A stretch of 64,000 nucleotides of DNA, taken from contig QPGO01000091.1 of assembly GCA_008632985.1 (NCBI GenBank), positions 248,001 through 312,000 on the forward strand, given 5' to 3'. The translations under genes were made by a program, and so were the position numbers. The notes beneath the pieces are model-generated. The model had not been told where the DNA came from. It ran no database searches and worked only from the letters and a program-made list of their open reading frames with translations. This document shows positions 1-11,400 of the stretch, piece by piece. Every line of letters begins with the position of its first letter. Position 1 is the stretch's first letter. This stretch comes from Psammoneis japonica (taxonomy: Eukaryota).

Positions 1-2920
1 AACCATTTTTTGCATTGCAAAACAAGCAGGGGGGCATGTGGGCAAATGCCTGATGAGTTGAGTGAATCAGCTGTTGAGTGCAACAAATGCACATCAGGAG
101 CTGTTGGCACATGAGGGAAGACAGTTGGATCTGGATTTTTTTCATTTGGGGCCACAACCAGATGTTTCTTCTTCAAACTTTCTGTGAAAAGAGCAGCAGC
201 TGCAAGGCTGGCTTTGCAAGCACCAGTCATGGGACAGCACTGTGCAAATGCTGAACATGTGTTTGTGGCAAAGGTTGTTGTGGGAGTCAGTGCCAGCATT
301 CATTGTCTCACCCCCAGGCTTGTCATGGATGATGTAAGAAACACTTCATTTCTGAGCAAACTTGTGGTGGAATTTGTGCATCAGATGAGTGCCAGTTGCT
401 TGTGGATGAGACCAAGGACATTGCAGTCACCTGTGAGATGCCTGTTTGAAAACAAAAATGAAGAGAAATGCAGTGTGATGCTGTTTCTTGGCAGATGCTG
501 GGTGGTCACAACTGCCTTTCTAATCACCCTTGTGGACATTGCAAATGACAACAATGATGTTGCAGATTGCCTGGATTTGCTTTGGATGACAGCATCCCCA
601 TTTTCAAAAGTGTCCCCCCAAATGCAGCAATGTCATCTGGTGCAAATGGTCCAGAGTGTTTTGGTTGGTGCATGGCTAAAATGAGTGCCTTTTCAACTGG
701 TCAGCCGCTGGGCACATCTCTTGCCTGTGCTGTCCATGATGCAAAAAGAAACAGGTCTTGTTTCAACAAGAATGAACAGCTTGCAAATGGGCTTTGCAGT
801 TGCACAGATGGATTTGAAATCACTGCATTTGAGCTCAATCTTATGATGCTGAGATGACAAATGTCCGCTGGGTTGCATCAAACCACATGGACCTGTTTGC
901 GTGCACAGAAATGAAGAAGAGCTGTGCATGGCATGTGGTTGTTCCCCCAAATGCTGCCAAAGTGACAATGGATGGCATGGGGGCTTTTGGCTCAAAAATA
1001 AGTGCCTTTTCTTGTTCAAGTTTCTGCTCACTTCGTTGATGTAATTCATTGCACCCATGGCATTTCTGGGTGCTGTCTGAGACAGCACAAGAAAACAAAC
1101 CTTTCAGAAATGGCAAGTGCCCAGGAAAAAGGTCTTTGACAGGATGGATTTGATGGTGCTCTGTCTGATTCAAACTCAACAATGTTGAAATGAACAACTC
1201 CAATGGCCCCAGGCTTGTGCACAGGTGGTTCATTCCTTTTGAAGGATCAGAGATGCTGATGTCCTGATTCCATGGCTGCAATCAAATGGGTGCTTTTCAT
1301 GGTTTCCTGCTTTCCTTCTTGCTCAATGTGATGCAGAGCTGCCATTGCTTGCTCTCCACATGGCACCACAGCCATGGCAGCACAGTGTTGTGACACATCT
1401 GCAATGGCTTTGCACAACAAACCTTTGGTGTTGTCAGTGGTTTGTTCCATGTGTGTTGACTGGCTTCGGTCATGCCAGCCAATGACAAGTGACAAGGCCA
1501 ACATGATTGTGCCTCCATGCTGAGGCATCACAGGGTGAGCACCCATTGGGAGATTGGCCAAAGCAATCAACGATGCAAGCTGCGCAATCACGATGCAAGC
1601 TGCGCGCATCTTCCATTGGCGCTGCAATCCCAACTCAAAAGAAGCAGCAAGCTGGTCAACCCCACATGACCCATTTCCAACAAATCAGCCTTCGGTTCCA
1701 TGGCATGCTGGAAAAGCAGCGGAAAAATGCCACCAACAAGCAATGCAACAATCAAGTGATTGTCGGTGTCCCTGTCTCAGAAACCATTTTGCTGCAAAAT
1801 TTGGAGAAGCTGGGCGGCGGCTTGACGGCATTCCTTTTGTTGAGACAAGACTTTGCCAAGAAAATGCTGTGAGCCATGCAAACCAGGCAGAGTGCAGGTC
1901 CTTCTCAACAGCCATGACAGGTGAGTTTCAACATGGAAACAATGCGTTGCCCAGTTCAGAGTGTGTCACAAGTGCCTTGGTTAAAAAGATGAAGGAGGGC
2001 ACTTGCTCCCATTGATTTGTGGATGCTGCTCAAGGAATCCAGCAATGCAAAACAAACCGGAAGAATGTCTTCCAAGACTGCAGCAGTGACATGCGGCAAC
2101 AACAAGAGTGCAACAAAATTGAGTGCCGCACAAATCTGTGACAGTGCTTCCTTGAATGGCATTTCCATTTTGTGTCCCAGTTCTTGGTCCATGGTGGAAT
2201 GTTCTGCAGTGGTTTGGAAATTGCCAACGATTCCTCCTTGATCTCGGGAAACTGATGTCACCCAAAGAAATGAGCTTGAACAGACCTTGCCATGAGTTCC
2301 ATGCCCAGTTCACAGCAAATGCATCCCCAAAGAGAATCAGAATCTTCTGGTGGTTTGACAAAGCACTTGCCCATTGCGTTCCAGCAACCAAGTGCTGCTC
2401 GAGTTGAAATTCTGGAAACTGGGTTGTTGCGCACTGTTCCATCCAATTGAATGCTGTTGAAGCAATCATCTTGAAACAGATTCACGTTGCATTAAAAATC
2501 TGTTGGTGGCCAGGTGCAGTTCGTCATCAAACTGATGGCATTTCCTGGAAGATCCTTGGTCACACTCCGTGGAGTCAGTTGAGGTGTGCCAAAGGTGAGA
2601 AGTGCTGCAGCTGCAACCATGGAAAGACACCCTGGATCCTGATTGTCTCCACAGATTGAACCAAGTGCATGACATGGAATCCTCAGCATTGTGGGAAGTG
2701 TAAAATTGCATGGCATGTTGACAGCTTCTTTCTCCAGCTCTTTGTCTTTTTGTGTGTTGCTGCCATCAACAATGCAGTGTGTCGGTTGCAAGTGGTGTGA
2801 GCACGGACTCCGTCAACTCTGTGCGAGCTTTTGTTTTGTTTGGACCCATCATTTCTTTTTTACAATTTTGCTCAAGAGGAGTTCACAATGCTTCAAAACA
2901 TCATTTCCACAACACCACGG
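1..2920. repeat. Hypermutated (TpA- and CpG-depleted) block 1; degenerate repeat/pseudogene sequence, left end outside the window
   Basis: Almost no TA and few CG dinucleotides, strong TG/CA excess; overlapping ORFs in all frames almost lack Tyr; abrupt return to normal TA content at about 2925. Confidence 0.75.
1250..2790 (-). pseudogene. Decayed host-like helical-repeat gene, TTI2-like (tentative)
   Basis: Frame-broken minus-strand segments LEDILPVCFALLDSLSSIHKSMGASALLHL, LIVALLVGGIFPLLFQHAMEPKADLLEMGHVGLTSLL and AQLASLIALANLPMGAHPVMPQHGGTIML read like one HEAT-type protein resembling the TTI2 family; family assignment is from recollection, not a search. Confidence 0.35.
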
Positions 2921-4489
2921 TTCATCCATAACATTTGCGTCTGTAGAGCGATATTTTTAGTACCAGCGTAGAAATAGTACTTAGATCTTGTGTAGACTTG
3001 TGACGGCAAGACCGCAACGGAAGATTGCACATTTTTTTTCTCAACCCGAAACCTTCACCATGACGCTGGAAGTGTTTCGACGGCCATCGTAAGTGTATCA
3101 TGTACTGACAATCAGCGTATTGTATCATTAACCTTCGAAGGAATATCTCACAATGCTTGTTTGCTTGAAATTGCGCGGAAATTAAAGAAATTCAGTTGCC
3201 AACAATCAGGAAGAAATGTTGTAGCATTCCGAGGGTGCCGACAAGTAGTAACACGGCGGGGTTTCGTGTCTGTTCATCTTATTGAACCGACAGCTGGAAT
3301 ATTGTCTCTTTTGAATATTCAAGGTGAGTTAAATGTGAACATTACAATTCAAAACAATCCCAAAATATCGAAATGTGCTTTTCAATTTTCTCACTTTCAA
3401 TTTCTTCTCTCTTGTGCACTCTGAAGAAGAAGCAAGAGTACTCGATTGATTAACGCTTCTGTTACAGTATCAAGGTCTAACATTGTCATATGAGAACGCA
3501 AGAATGCGAGTGTGGTGGATCAACTGCCACATTTAGCACCGCTGGTTTGTTTTTTGCTCCGTTCGACACCAGTCGTTGCACCTGTCGATTCCACCCGCTG
3601 CGCCGAGGAAAGAAAGTGAGAAGGCCTTTTAGTTTTCGTTTCATTGTGGCGCAAAGCTCTTATGTTGTCGTCAGTGTGTGTAAGAATGCGAATGTATGGT
3701 TTGAAGTGTTTGGTATTGACTAAACCTTGCTTTGCCTTTTGTTGCACATTCTCACTTTCAACATGTTCTCTCTGTGGACTCCGAAGAAAAAGAAGCGAGC
3801 ACTCGTTTGATTTTAGCTTCCATTGCAGTGGTAAGCTCTCATATTGTCAAGTGGATATTCACGAATGAGAATGTGGGTGCATCATGTACCACCATGTTCA
3901 TCGGCTCGTTTGTTGCTTCCTACATTCGACACAAGACGTTGCTCCGATCCAAACCAACCGGTGCAGAGGAAAACAGTGAGAAGGCTTAATGGCTTTTGGT
4001 TTTATGCGGTACAAAGCTCTCATGCTGTAGTTTAGACATGTTAGAATGTAAATATGGCTTACACTTTTTACTACTGACTAAGTCTTTGCCAAAACAGTCG
4101 ACAAAGAAGGCGCATTAGCTAGCAGACGAAGATGGCGAAACAGGATTCCAAAAATGTGTCGGTGATGTTCGCAACATTCCCGCTTCAAACCCTCGGTACA
4201 GGCTTCCCATATATGCTCGGTATGTATCAAGGTTGGCATATGGAGCCATCGAACCGAGGGTCTTCATACCTTTACCCGACATTACGCAACGGCTTTCGCT
4301 CATCGTCGAAGAAAAAAAAAAATGTTTTGCGCTACGATCTTTGTTTCTGGTAGAGCACTCGTAGAAATCTACGTGCTAAGTAAGACATGTGTTTATTCTG
4401 AGAATTCCGAATTCCTACAACATCGTCTGTAATTGACACGAAATATTTTTAGTCATATGATTCGACGCTAACACCACCGCACGTAGAAG

Positions 4490-5050
4490 TTGAACCGTGG
4501 TGACAAGCAGTCAAATGACAATCCTTTGTCGTCAAGATGTTGCCGTGTGCCGTTGTCACGCAACCCTTCGCAAGACGTTGCGCAAGGTGTCTTGTGGTGT
4601 TGTGAATCTAACTCACACAGCTGTGCCACCACACAAGATGAGTTGCAATGGGTGGCATGTTCATGGGCTGACCCAGAAGCTCATCAAATTGTGGTGCATC
4701 CACCACTGTTGTTTCATGGTGTGTGTTGGTTGCTTGCAATGTTCAACAAGCGCCGACCCAACTTTGTTCTGAGTCCAAGCTCCCTTGGTTTGGTTCGATG
4801 TTCGATCAGCATGTTGTCTTTCGAATCCCACGAACAGAAAGAGTTCCGAAACGTGTGGCAAGAACAAGAAGTGATTGATTGTCACAGCCAAGGTCACCAC
4901 GCGAGAAGCAGCAGGAAAAGTGTCGCGGCAGAGTGCACACGGAGACGAAGACGAAACGGCATCATTCTGAATTCGCTGTTCGTTAGCGCGGAGCTCTGTA
5001 GAATTCTACACATTCTCAGTGCCAATGAAAAAAGTGCGCCAAAATGGGAG
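4490..5050. repeat. Small TpA-depleted, CpG-retaining island (probable TE fragment)
   Basis: About 550 bp with very few TA but many CG, flanked by TA-normal intergenic DNA; the 212-aa ORF over it has no Tyr. Confidence 0.5.
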
Positions 5051-5390
5051 AGCGAGCGGCAACCTTGTATGAGCCTAACTCGACAGAAAAACTTAGCCCA
5101 AAAACAAAAACGTTTTTTGTTTTCGTGACACGCGCGACGGCCTTATCGCCGAACAAAAACAAAAACACCCCTTCCATACATTTCTACGCCAAACCACGTA
5201 TGTACGGATCCACGCGCTGACAATACCGGCTCCAGACGACCGCAACAAACAGAAGGGGCAAGACACGCAATGGCGTGTTCGAATCCATTTTATGACGGCA
5301 ATTGTCGATCAATCATGACACAAGGCAATACAGTCGATACTATTGATTGAATGTCATCTATAGCATAAAAGATAAGGTGAAATATGGTAG

Positions 5391-5745
5391 CTTATGTGCA
5401 GAATACTAGTACAACAGATCGGTTGTCAGAAAAGCACTGTTCTTGTGTCGTGTCATCACAAATGCGAATCATAAGGCGACTAGAGTGATGGCTAAGGCAA
5501 AAGTAGAACCTTATATGGCTAATAAAAATATGGCGGATTGAATAGTCACGTTCTTTCCTCCCTTCCACGTATCTTATGTGCAGAATACAGCGGATCGTTT
5601 CATCATGCTTGTGTTGTGTGGTCACAAAAAATGCAAGCCATAAGGCATCTATAGTAAAGGCTAAGGCCACAGTAGAACCATATATGACTAATGTTAATAT
5701 GGAGAATTTAATGGAAAAGCTTTTTCCTCCTAATTCTACCACAAG
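5391..5745 (+). repeat. Diverged tandem duplication, period about 170-180 bp
   Basis: CTTATGTGCAGAATAC at about 5391 and 5573; CATAAGGC..TAGAGTGATGGCTAAGGCAAAAGTAGAACCTTATATGGCTAAT at about 5470 versus CATAAGGC..TATAGTAAAGGCTAAGGCCACAGTAGAACCATATATGACTAAT at about 5639. Confidence 0.7.
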
Positions 5746-6090
5746 GGGGCGCATCGCGTCGATGTGTCGATGTATCAGCCATGGTCGTCGCAGGTAGTGG
5801 ATTTGTACGTGGCGAGACACGTAGCTGCGTTTTTGTGAGCATTTTTTTTGTTTCCACAAAAACGTGGGGTCGTTTTTGTTCACGAGTACTCGTGAACAAA
5901 AACGAAAGTTTTAGTCGAGCGAGTCAATGTGAAGTCGAATGGGTCAAATGCGTTTTTGTTTTTGTGCGACGATAAGGGAGGGGCTTATGCCACCGGGGAT
6001 TTTCGCAATGCGCTTTCTCCTCATTCATCAAGCCGAGTTCTGATAATACCGACTGGAGTGGCAAGTCTACATCTGATTGACAATTCATCA

Positions 6091-6669
6091 ATGGTTTGCA
6101 TTCCTGGCTTGACCGAGGATCTTTACGAGGCTGGCACGAAGCATTCCGCGGCGACTCCGAGACTCATCAAGTCGCAAGCGAAAAAGGATGGCAGTTTTGA
6201 CTTTGAGTGGGAGGCTAGGGGTAGCAGCACCTACGAGCTTACAGCGACTGGTAAGCTCGGTAGCGACTCCTGGAAAGGAATGAATGTATATTGTACCTGT
6301 CCTAACTATGATGAGCAGGATTTAGCGACCACAGAATCTGGGTGGAGGATTCTGTATGTTTGCAAGCATTTGAAGGCTGCACTCGATAGTGTGTGTGACA
6401 CGGTTGACAAACAACGCAAAGCAAAATCAGCTGTAAAACGTAAAAAGGATCAAGATCAGGAGCTTTCAGGAGAGCGAGAGCGGCTGGAGTGTGGATTTTC
6501 CAAGCGAACGAACGACGAAATTGTTGAGCTATTGAAGAAACGGATGACAGAGTCGCTCGATGGCCTTCAGGCCGTCGCCAATGTCTTTCCGCCCGAGATC
6601 ATGCCTCCAGAGCAAAACAAGTCGACTGAAAGCCAAGCGACCAAATCAAGGAAATGCAGGAAAGCTTAG
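6091..6669 (+). CDS. SWIM zinc-finger domain protein
   Basis: ORF contains YCTCP-x(n)-VCKHLKAAL (CxC...CxH SWIM motif); first in-frame ATG at 6091; normal dinucleotide composition. Confidence 0.7.
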   Translation: MVCIPGLTEDLYEAGTKHSAATPRLIKSQAKKDGSFDFEWEARGSSTYELTATGKLGSDSWKGMNVYCTCPNYDEQDLATTESGWRILYVCKHLKAALDSVCDTVDKQRKAKSAVKRKKDQDQELSGERERLECGFSKRTNDEIVELLKKRMTESLDGLQAVANVFPPEIMPPEQNKSTESQATKSRKCRKA

Positions 6670-7219
6670 AAGATGCCTTTGAGCAATGAAAATTTAGTCG
6701 GTTATTATCCGTTACCTGTGAATGCTTTCAGCATATAATAAGTTGCGATCCTACCATACACTATTCGACTTCAAAATTCCTAGAGAGGATAAAGTCATAC
6801 AGTACCTCTAGAGGGCCTACCTCGTATAAATACATATCTAGATCTTGTGGGCGGGAAGGCGGGAAACCCTACCGGTACTGTACAACACTCAGTTCCTGCA
6901 CAAATCTGAACTTGGACGCAGAATGAATGAATAGTTCTGTAATGACACGTTCTTGAGTGGCGATTGCATGTGCTTGCCTTTCTTTGGCTGTTCCATCATG
7001 ATAAGATACGGTATGCTAATTGATTTTTCGAATCACAGCAAAGAGAGGAAAATCGCGGGCAAAAACGAAACAGGCTTTACTGCTGAACTTTTGCTACTGG
7101 TAGGATAATTTACCGCAAAAGCCGAAACCTCAATATGTATTCTTCCATGATGTCTTTCCCGATCTATGGAACTCAAACGTGCAAACAGCATGCAGGATGC
7201 GTGCATGATAGATCTTGAT

Positions 7220-8297
7220 TTAAGCATTCTTTTTCTCCTTTGAAATTCTCCACTTGAACGCAACGAATCGTCGGAGAAAGACTTGCAGAAACAACACCAG
7301 AAAGAGACCGTACATTATTCCCATTTGCTGCACCGTTTCTTTTTGTACGACGCATCCAGGAATATCCTCCACATAGGAAACCCAATAGAAGAACGGCGTC
7401 AAGGCCACGCCCACCACCATTTGTGAAATTTGAGCAATGGTAATCCACTTGGGATTGAACCAAGCCGGTTTGGCACGGATCGACATTAAAAAGTAGTAAA
7501 AGTACATGATGGAGTGAACCCCGTAGTTCATGGTGACAATAAAGATACCCATGGTAGGAAACTTGTTGTATCCGTGCCACAAAAGGTAAAAGACAGTGGC
7601 ATGGTGAAACCAGTGAAGAAAAATGAGCTTCTTTTTGTGGATAATGATGAAGAATGTATCCAAGAGCTCACTGTAATAAAGATTGAGACGCGGGAAGAAA
7701 GAGCGAGTATACTGAGAACGACACAAGCCACATATCATTCATACTCATCAAACTCATTTTAAGGAATACGTACGGCATTTTGGAAAGAGTAAAGAGTTGT
7801 CCCCACAGTCCGGAACTACCACTGCCACCGGTGCTAAATGGATCCAAACACAAGCACGTGCGCCAATCGTAGTAATAAAAGTTGTGAGCCAGTTGAGGTA
7901 AGGCGCGGATAAAGCCCACCAGACTGAAGACCGACAAGAGCAAGTTCCAAGCGGCCAACGCACGACGCCAGTTCCAGGCGGGTCGATTGGCAAAGTATGC
8001 ACGTCCACCAAGAATCATCAAGAAGTAACCTACAAGGACGACGTTCGGGAACCACGAATTTTCTGCCATCCAGTCTTTCACTGGAGTAGGATCATAGAAG
8101 GGCTCGAATCTGAACCAATACAAGAAATTTGGATGAGACGCTCGCGTGGCGCAAAGAAAACAACAAATTCTGCGAACTCACGGGAGATAGAATCGACCGA
8201 TTGTTTTCGGATAAAGACAGGACAGTTCCTCGTAGGGAACGCCCGCGCCATTGTGGCTCATGCACGTTCCGGTGGGGTCCGACGGGTGGAACTCCAT
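7220..8297 (-). CDS. ELO: Fatty acid elongase (GNS1/SUR4/ELO family, ELOVL6-like); exons 8297-8182, 8109-7774, 7670-7220
   Basis: Spliced product MEFHPSD...FEPFYD...LSKMPELLDTFF...FLHWFHH...MNYGVHSIMYFYY...ITIAQISQM...KEKKNA (ER-retention-like tail); GT-AG introns 8181-8110 and 7773-7671 restore the frame and the KxxExxDT motif. Confidence 0.93.
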
Positions 8298-8426
8298 GTT
8301 GCCTACAGCTCGCCGAGTTTGATGAAGCTTTCACACGAAAGAGATGAATGATGCGTTCACTTCAAATGGAAGCAAATAATGCGCACGAAAAATGAAAAAT
8401 TGGTTGCACTATCTGCAACCGCCACG

Positions 8427-11400
8427 TAGTACGCGCGGTCGCGAACTCTCGGGTACTATCCAACAATGAGAGCCCTGACTTTAACGAACCTTCATAGATT
8501 TGATACAGAATCGCCGAACGTTGCAAGCAACCAAAAATCGGTAGATTCTACACTGATGTAATTATTAATGTACAAATACTCTATAAATTTTTAAGCGGGA
8601 CAAAGTTTCCCGAAATAACGTCCTGAACTGTAGTTTCGATATTTTTGAATCATACTATTTTAACGACCACGGTTTTGGTTACCAATGATCAGCGATTTGA
8701 AAAAACCTAAATCCCTTATTACTTTCTAGGTGACGTACAAAGATGATAACTTTCTCTACAAGACCCACCATTTGGCTGGCGTTGCCGTGTAACCGTCAAC
8801 CGTCAAGCTTCCAATCGATTCATTCTCTTTGATGACGGTTTTGATCCCACTGTGCTGTTGAGTTTTGAAAATCGACAGACGAACTGTGTTGTTGTGTGCG
8901 GCACGACGGAAACAACAGGCGTCTGTTTCTCCCCAACAATGCGTAGAAAATCGCGCAAACAGCCCCAAACCACAATGAAATGAAAACTGCAACAAGAAGC
9001 AGGCCTCATTTTGTCAAACTTTCAGTGCTTGCTCACGACAAGCAAGCTGTGATGAGCCAGAATCTCTTGGCACAACATGAACTGGTGGTGGTGTGTTGCG
9101 CAGCAGCTTCCACCAAAACCATGCTCCAAGTGACAAGCTTTGCATGCTTTCATTTTGACATTCCTGAATTTGCTCAGTGCACTTTCTTGGGGCAAGCACA
9201 TGCAAACATGTGCGCTTGCCCCGATTGTTCTGCGTTGCGTCCTGTGCTTTTTGCATGTGTCCCGTTTGTGCACATGAAAGCAACTTTGTGCAGTGTCAGC
9301 AGCCAGCTCTCATTTGCCTGCTTTGGCTCACCACACAGAGCACAGGGACTTCACACAGCGCAGCTCTCTTTTGGCGTTTGTCTGGAAGTCATTCCCGTCA
9401 CACTGCGCAGAACCCCGGCAACAACTCCAGTGCTGGCGGCAACACTCATTTTCTCTCTGAAACATGTTTCCTCATGCTGTGCACAGCCATCCACAACTCT
9501 GCTGCAGAGAAGCCCACTTTTCTGTTTGTTGCTCCTGCTTGCACTTTTTGCAGGTTTGTTTGGTTTTCAAGCATGCTAGCTTGTTGTTGCCTTCCTTTTC
9601 TGCAGGAGCACCCCTTTTCTCAGCAGAGAGAGCTGCAGCTTTTGCAAGCTTCTTGTGTTTGGCTGCTCCAACAAATCTTGGGGGGGGGTGCCATGCCAGT
9701 GAAAAACAAGGAGCTGTGGTGCAAATCATGAGCCAAGTGAGCACACCAGATTTTGAACAAAAACTGATCTTTGGAAGCAGAGATTCTCACCACAGCAATC
9801 TTTTTGTCTGCCTTTTGTTGCTGAAGTTTGTCATTTTGTTGTGCAGAGGAGGAGAGGCATGGAAAGAGCACCCCCACCCTTGCTCCTCTTGTTGTTGCTT
9901 GCCACAGTGGTGTGAAGAGATCACACCACCAGAGTTGAGTGTGATGGCTGGTGCTGGCCAAACTCATTTTTGTGTGTGTGCTCCTTTTCTCTCAAGGTTC
10001 TTCTCTTGCTGGCCCCACACCACCACAATGCAGCAAGCAAATTTCCAAGAAATGGGGAGCAGTGTGCCCACCATTGCTCACACACAAACTGTGCTTTGTG
10101 CACATCAAGTGACATGTTTTTTGAAAATTGTGGTTGATTTTGGCCAAATCAACCTGTTGTTTAAAAATTGCATCAGATTGCCCTGGGTTGCACCAAATTG
10201 CAAGGCAAATTTTCCCAAGAAGTGATGCAATGTGCACTGTTCTTTCAGCAACATCTGCTGCTCATGGCTGCTGGCTTGTGGCTTGTGTGCTGGATGATGT
10301 GGTGACTGAACACCATGCCTGTGTCAAGACACACAGATCCACATTTTGAACATGGACACACCACACCATGATTGTTGAAGATTGTCCTGCTTTGATGTGA
10401 CTGCACACAATGCTCTCAGATGCTGCAGCAGCCTGCTCAAAACATGGTGTGTGGTGGACAACAACTGGATGGCACGCCAGCACACATGTTGCCAACAAAC
10501 AACTGAGGATGCACGCAAATGCCTTGCAATGCAGGCCTTCTAGACAGAGGCAAAAGTGTGCAACACAAGCGCACAAGTTGGGCAAGCCCACACAACTTTT
10601 GCACTCAGCTAGCCCACTGAGCAGATCATGCATTGAGAACATGATTGCAAGCACTGCACACTCAACTGCCTCCCACAAAGTCAAGTAAAGTGTGCAAAAA
10701 GACTTTGCACACAAAGCTGTGCATTGTGCAGCACTTGCTCAGATCCAAGATGATCTTGGAGCAAAGAAGCCATTTGTTGATGTGACAGACAAGGAGAAGA
10801 GTTCTTTGTCCTGCAACTTGTAAAAAAACAACTGACATCACCGCCAGAAAATCCATTTTTGTGAAGAGGAGAACCTCTCCCACCTGGAGAGATGAGCCAG
10901 CCAAAATTTGCAGTCACACCCTTTGAGGTCCTCTGTCATCCAGATTGGGCAGCAGCTGCACGGATGGAGAAGACAACCAAAATTGACATTTTTCACATTT
11001 TCCCTCTCATTGTGGTGTCTTGCTGAGCAAGTTCACACATCTCACTTCACTTGAGCTGCTGCAGAAGCACTCCAGATCTCATGCATTTTGGAGACATTTG
11101 TGGCACAAGGCAAATCCCACACCTTTTCACCTGGATGATTTTGAACCCATGCCAACCCAGATGCAACCAACAGACACCACAGCTCTTTCAGCTGCAGCCA
11201 GCTTGGCCAAACAATCTGATGAGCAGGACTGTCCCTTGGTGTTGATGCCATGTGCCAAAATTTCCTTCCTTGTCTCAGAAGGGATGCAACTCTTGACACT
11301 CAAATGCTTTGTTCATCTGTGATCTGTGTTTGTGACTGAGCACTTCTTGCTGCCATTTCAATCACACTGCTGTTGTCTTCAAATGGTTTTGACAGAAAAA

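Noticed and set aside
8427..8800. Classical RIP (CpA->TpA) acting on copy A as the explanation for the A/A' differences
   Set aside because: The Gypsy and FMO motifs show TpA (Tyr codons) is ancestral, and the repeats are TpA-void rather than TpA-rich.
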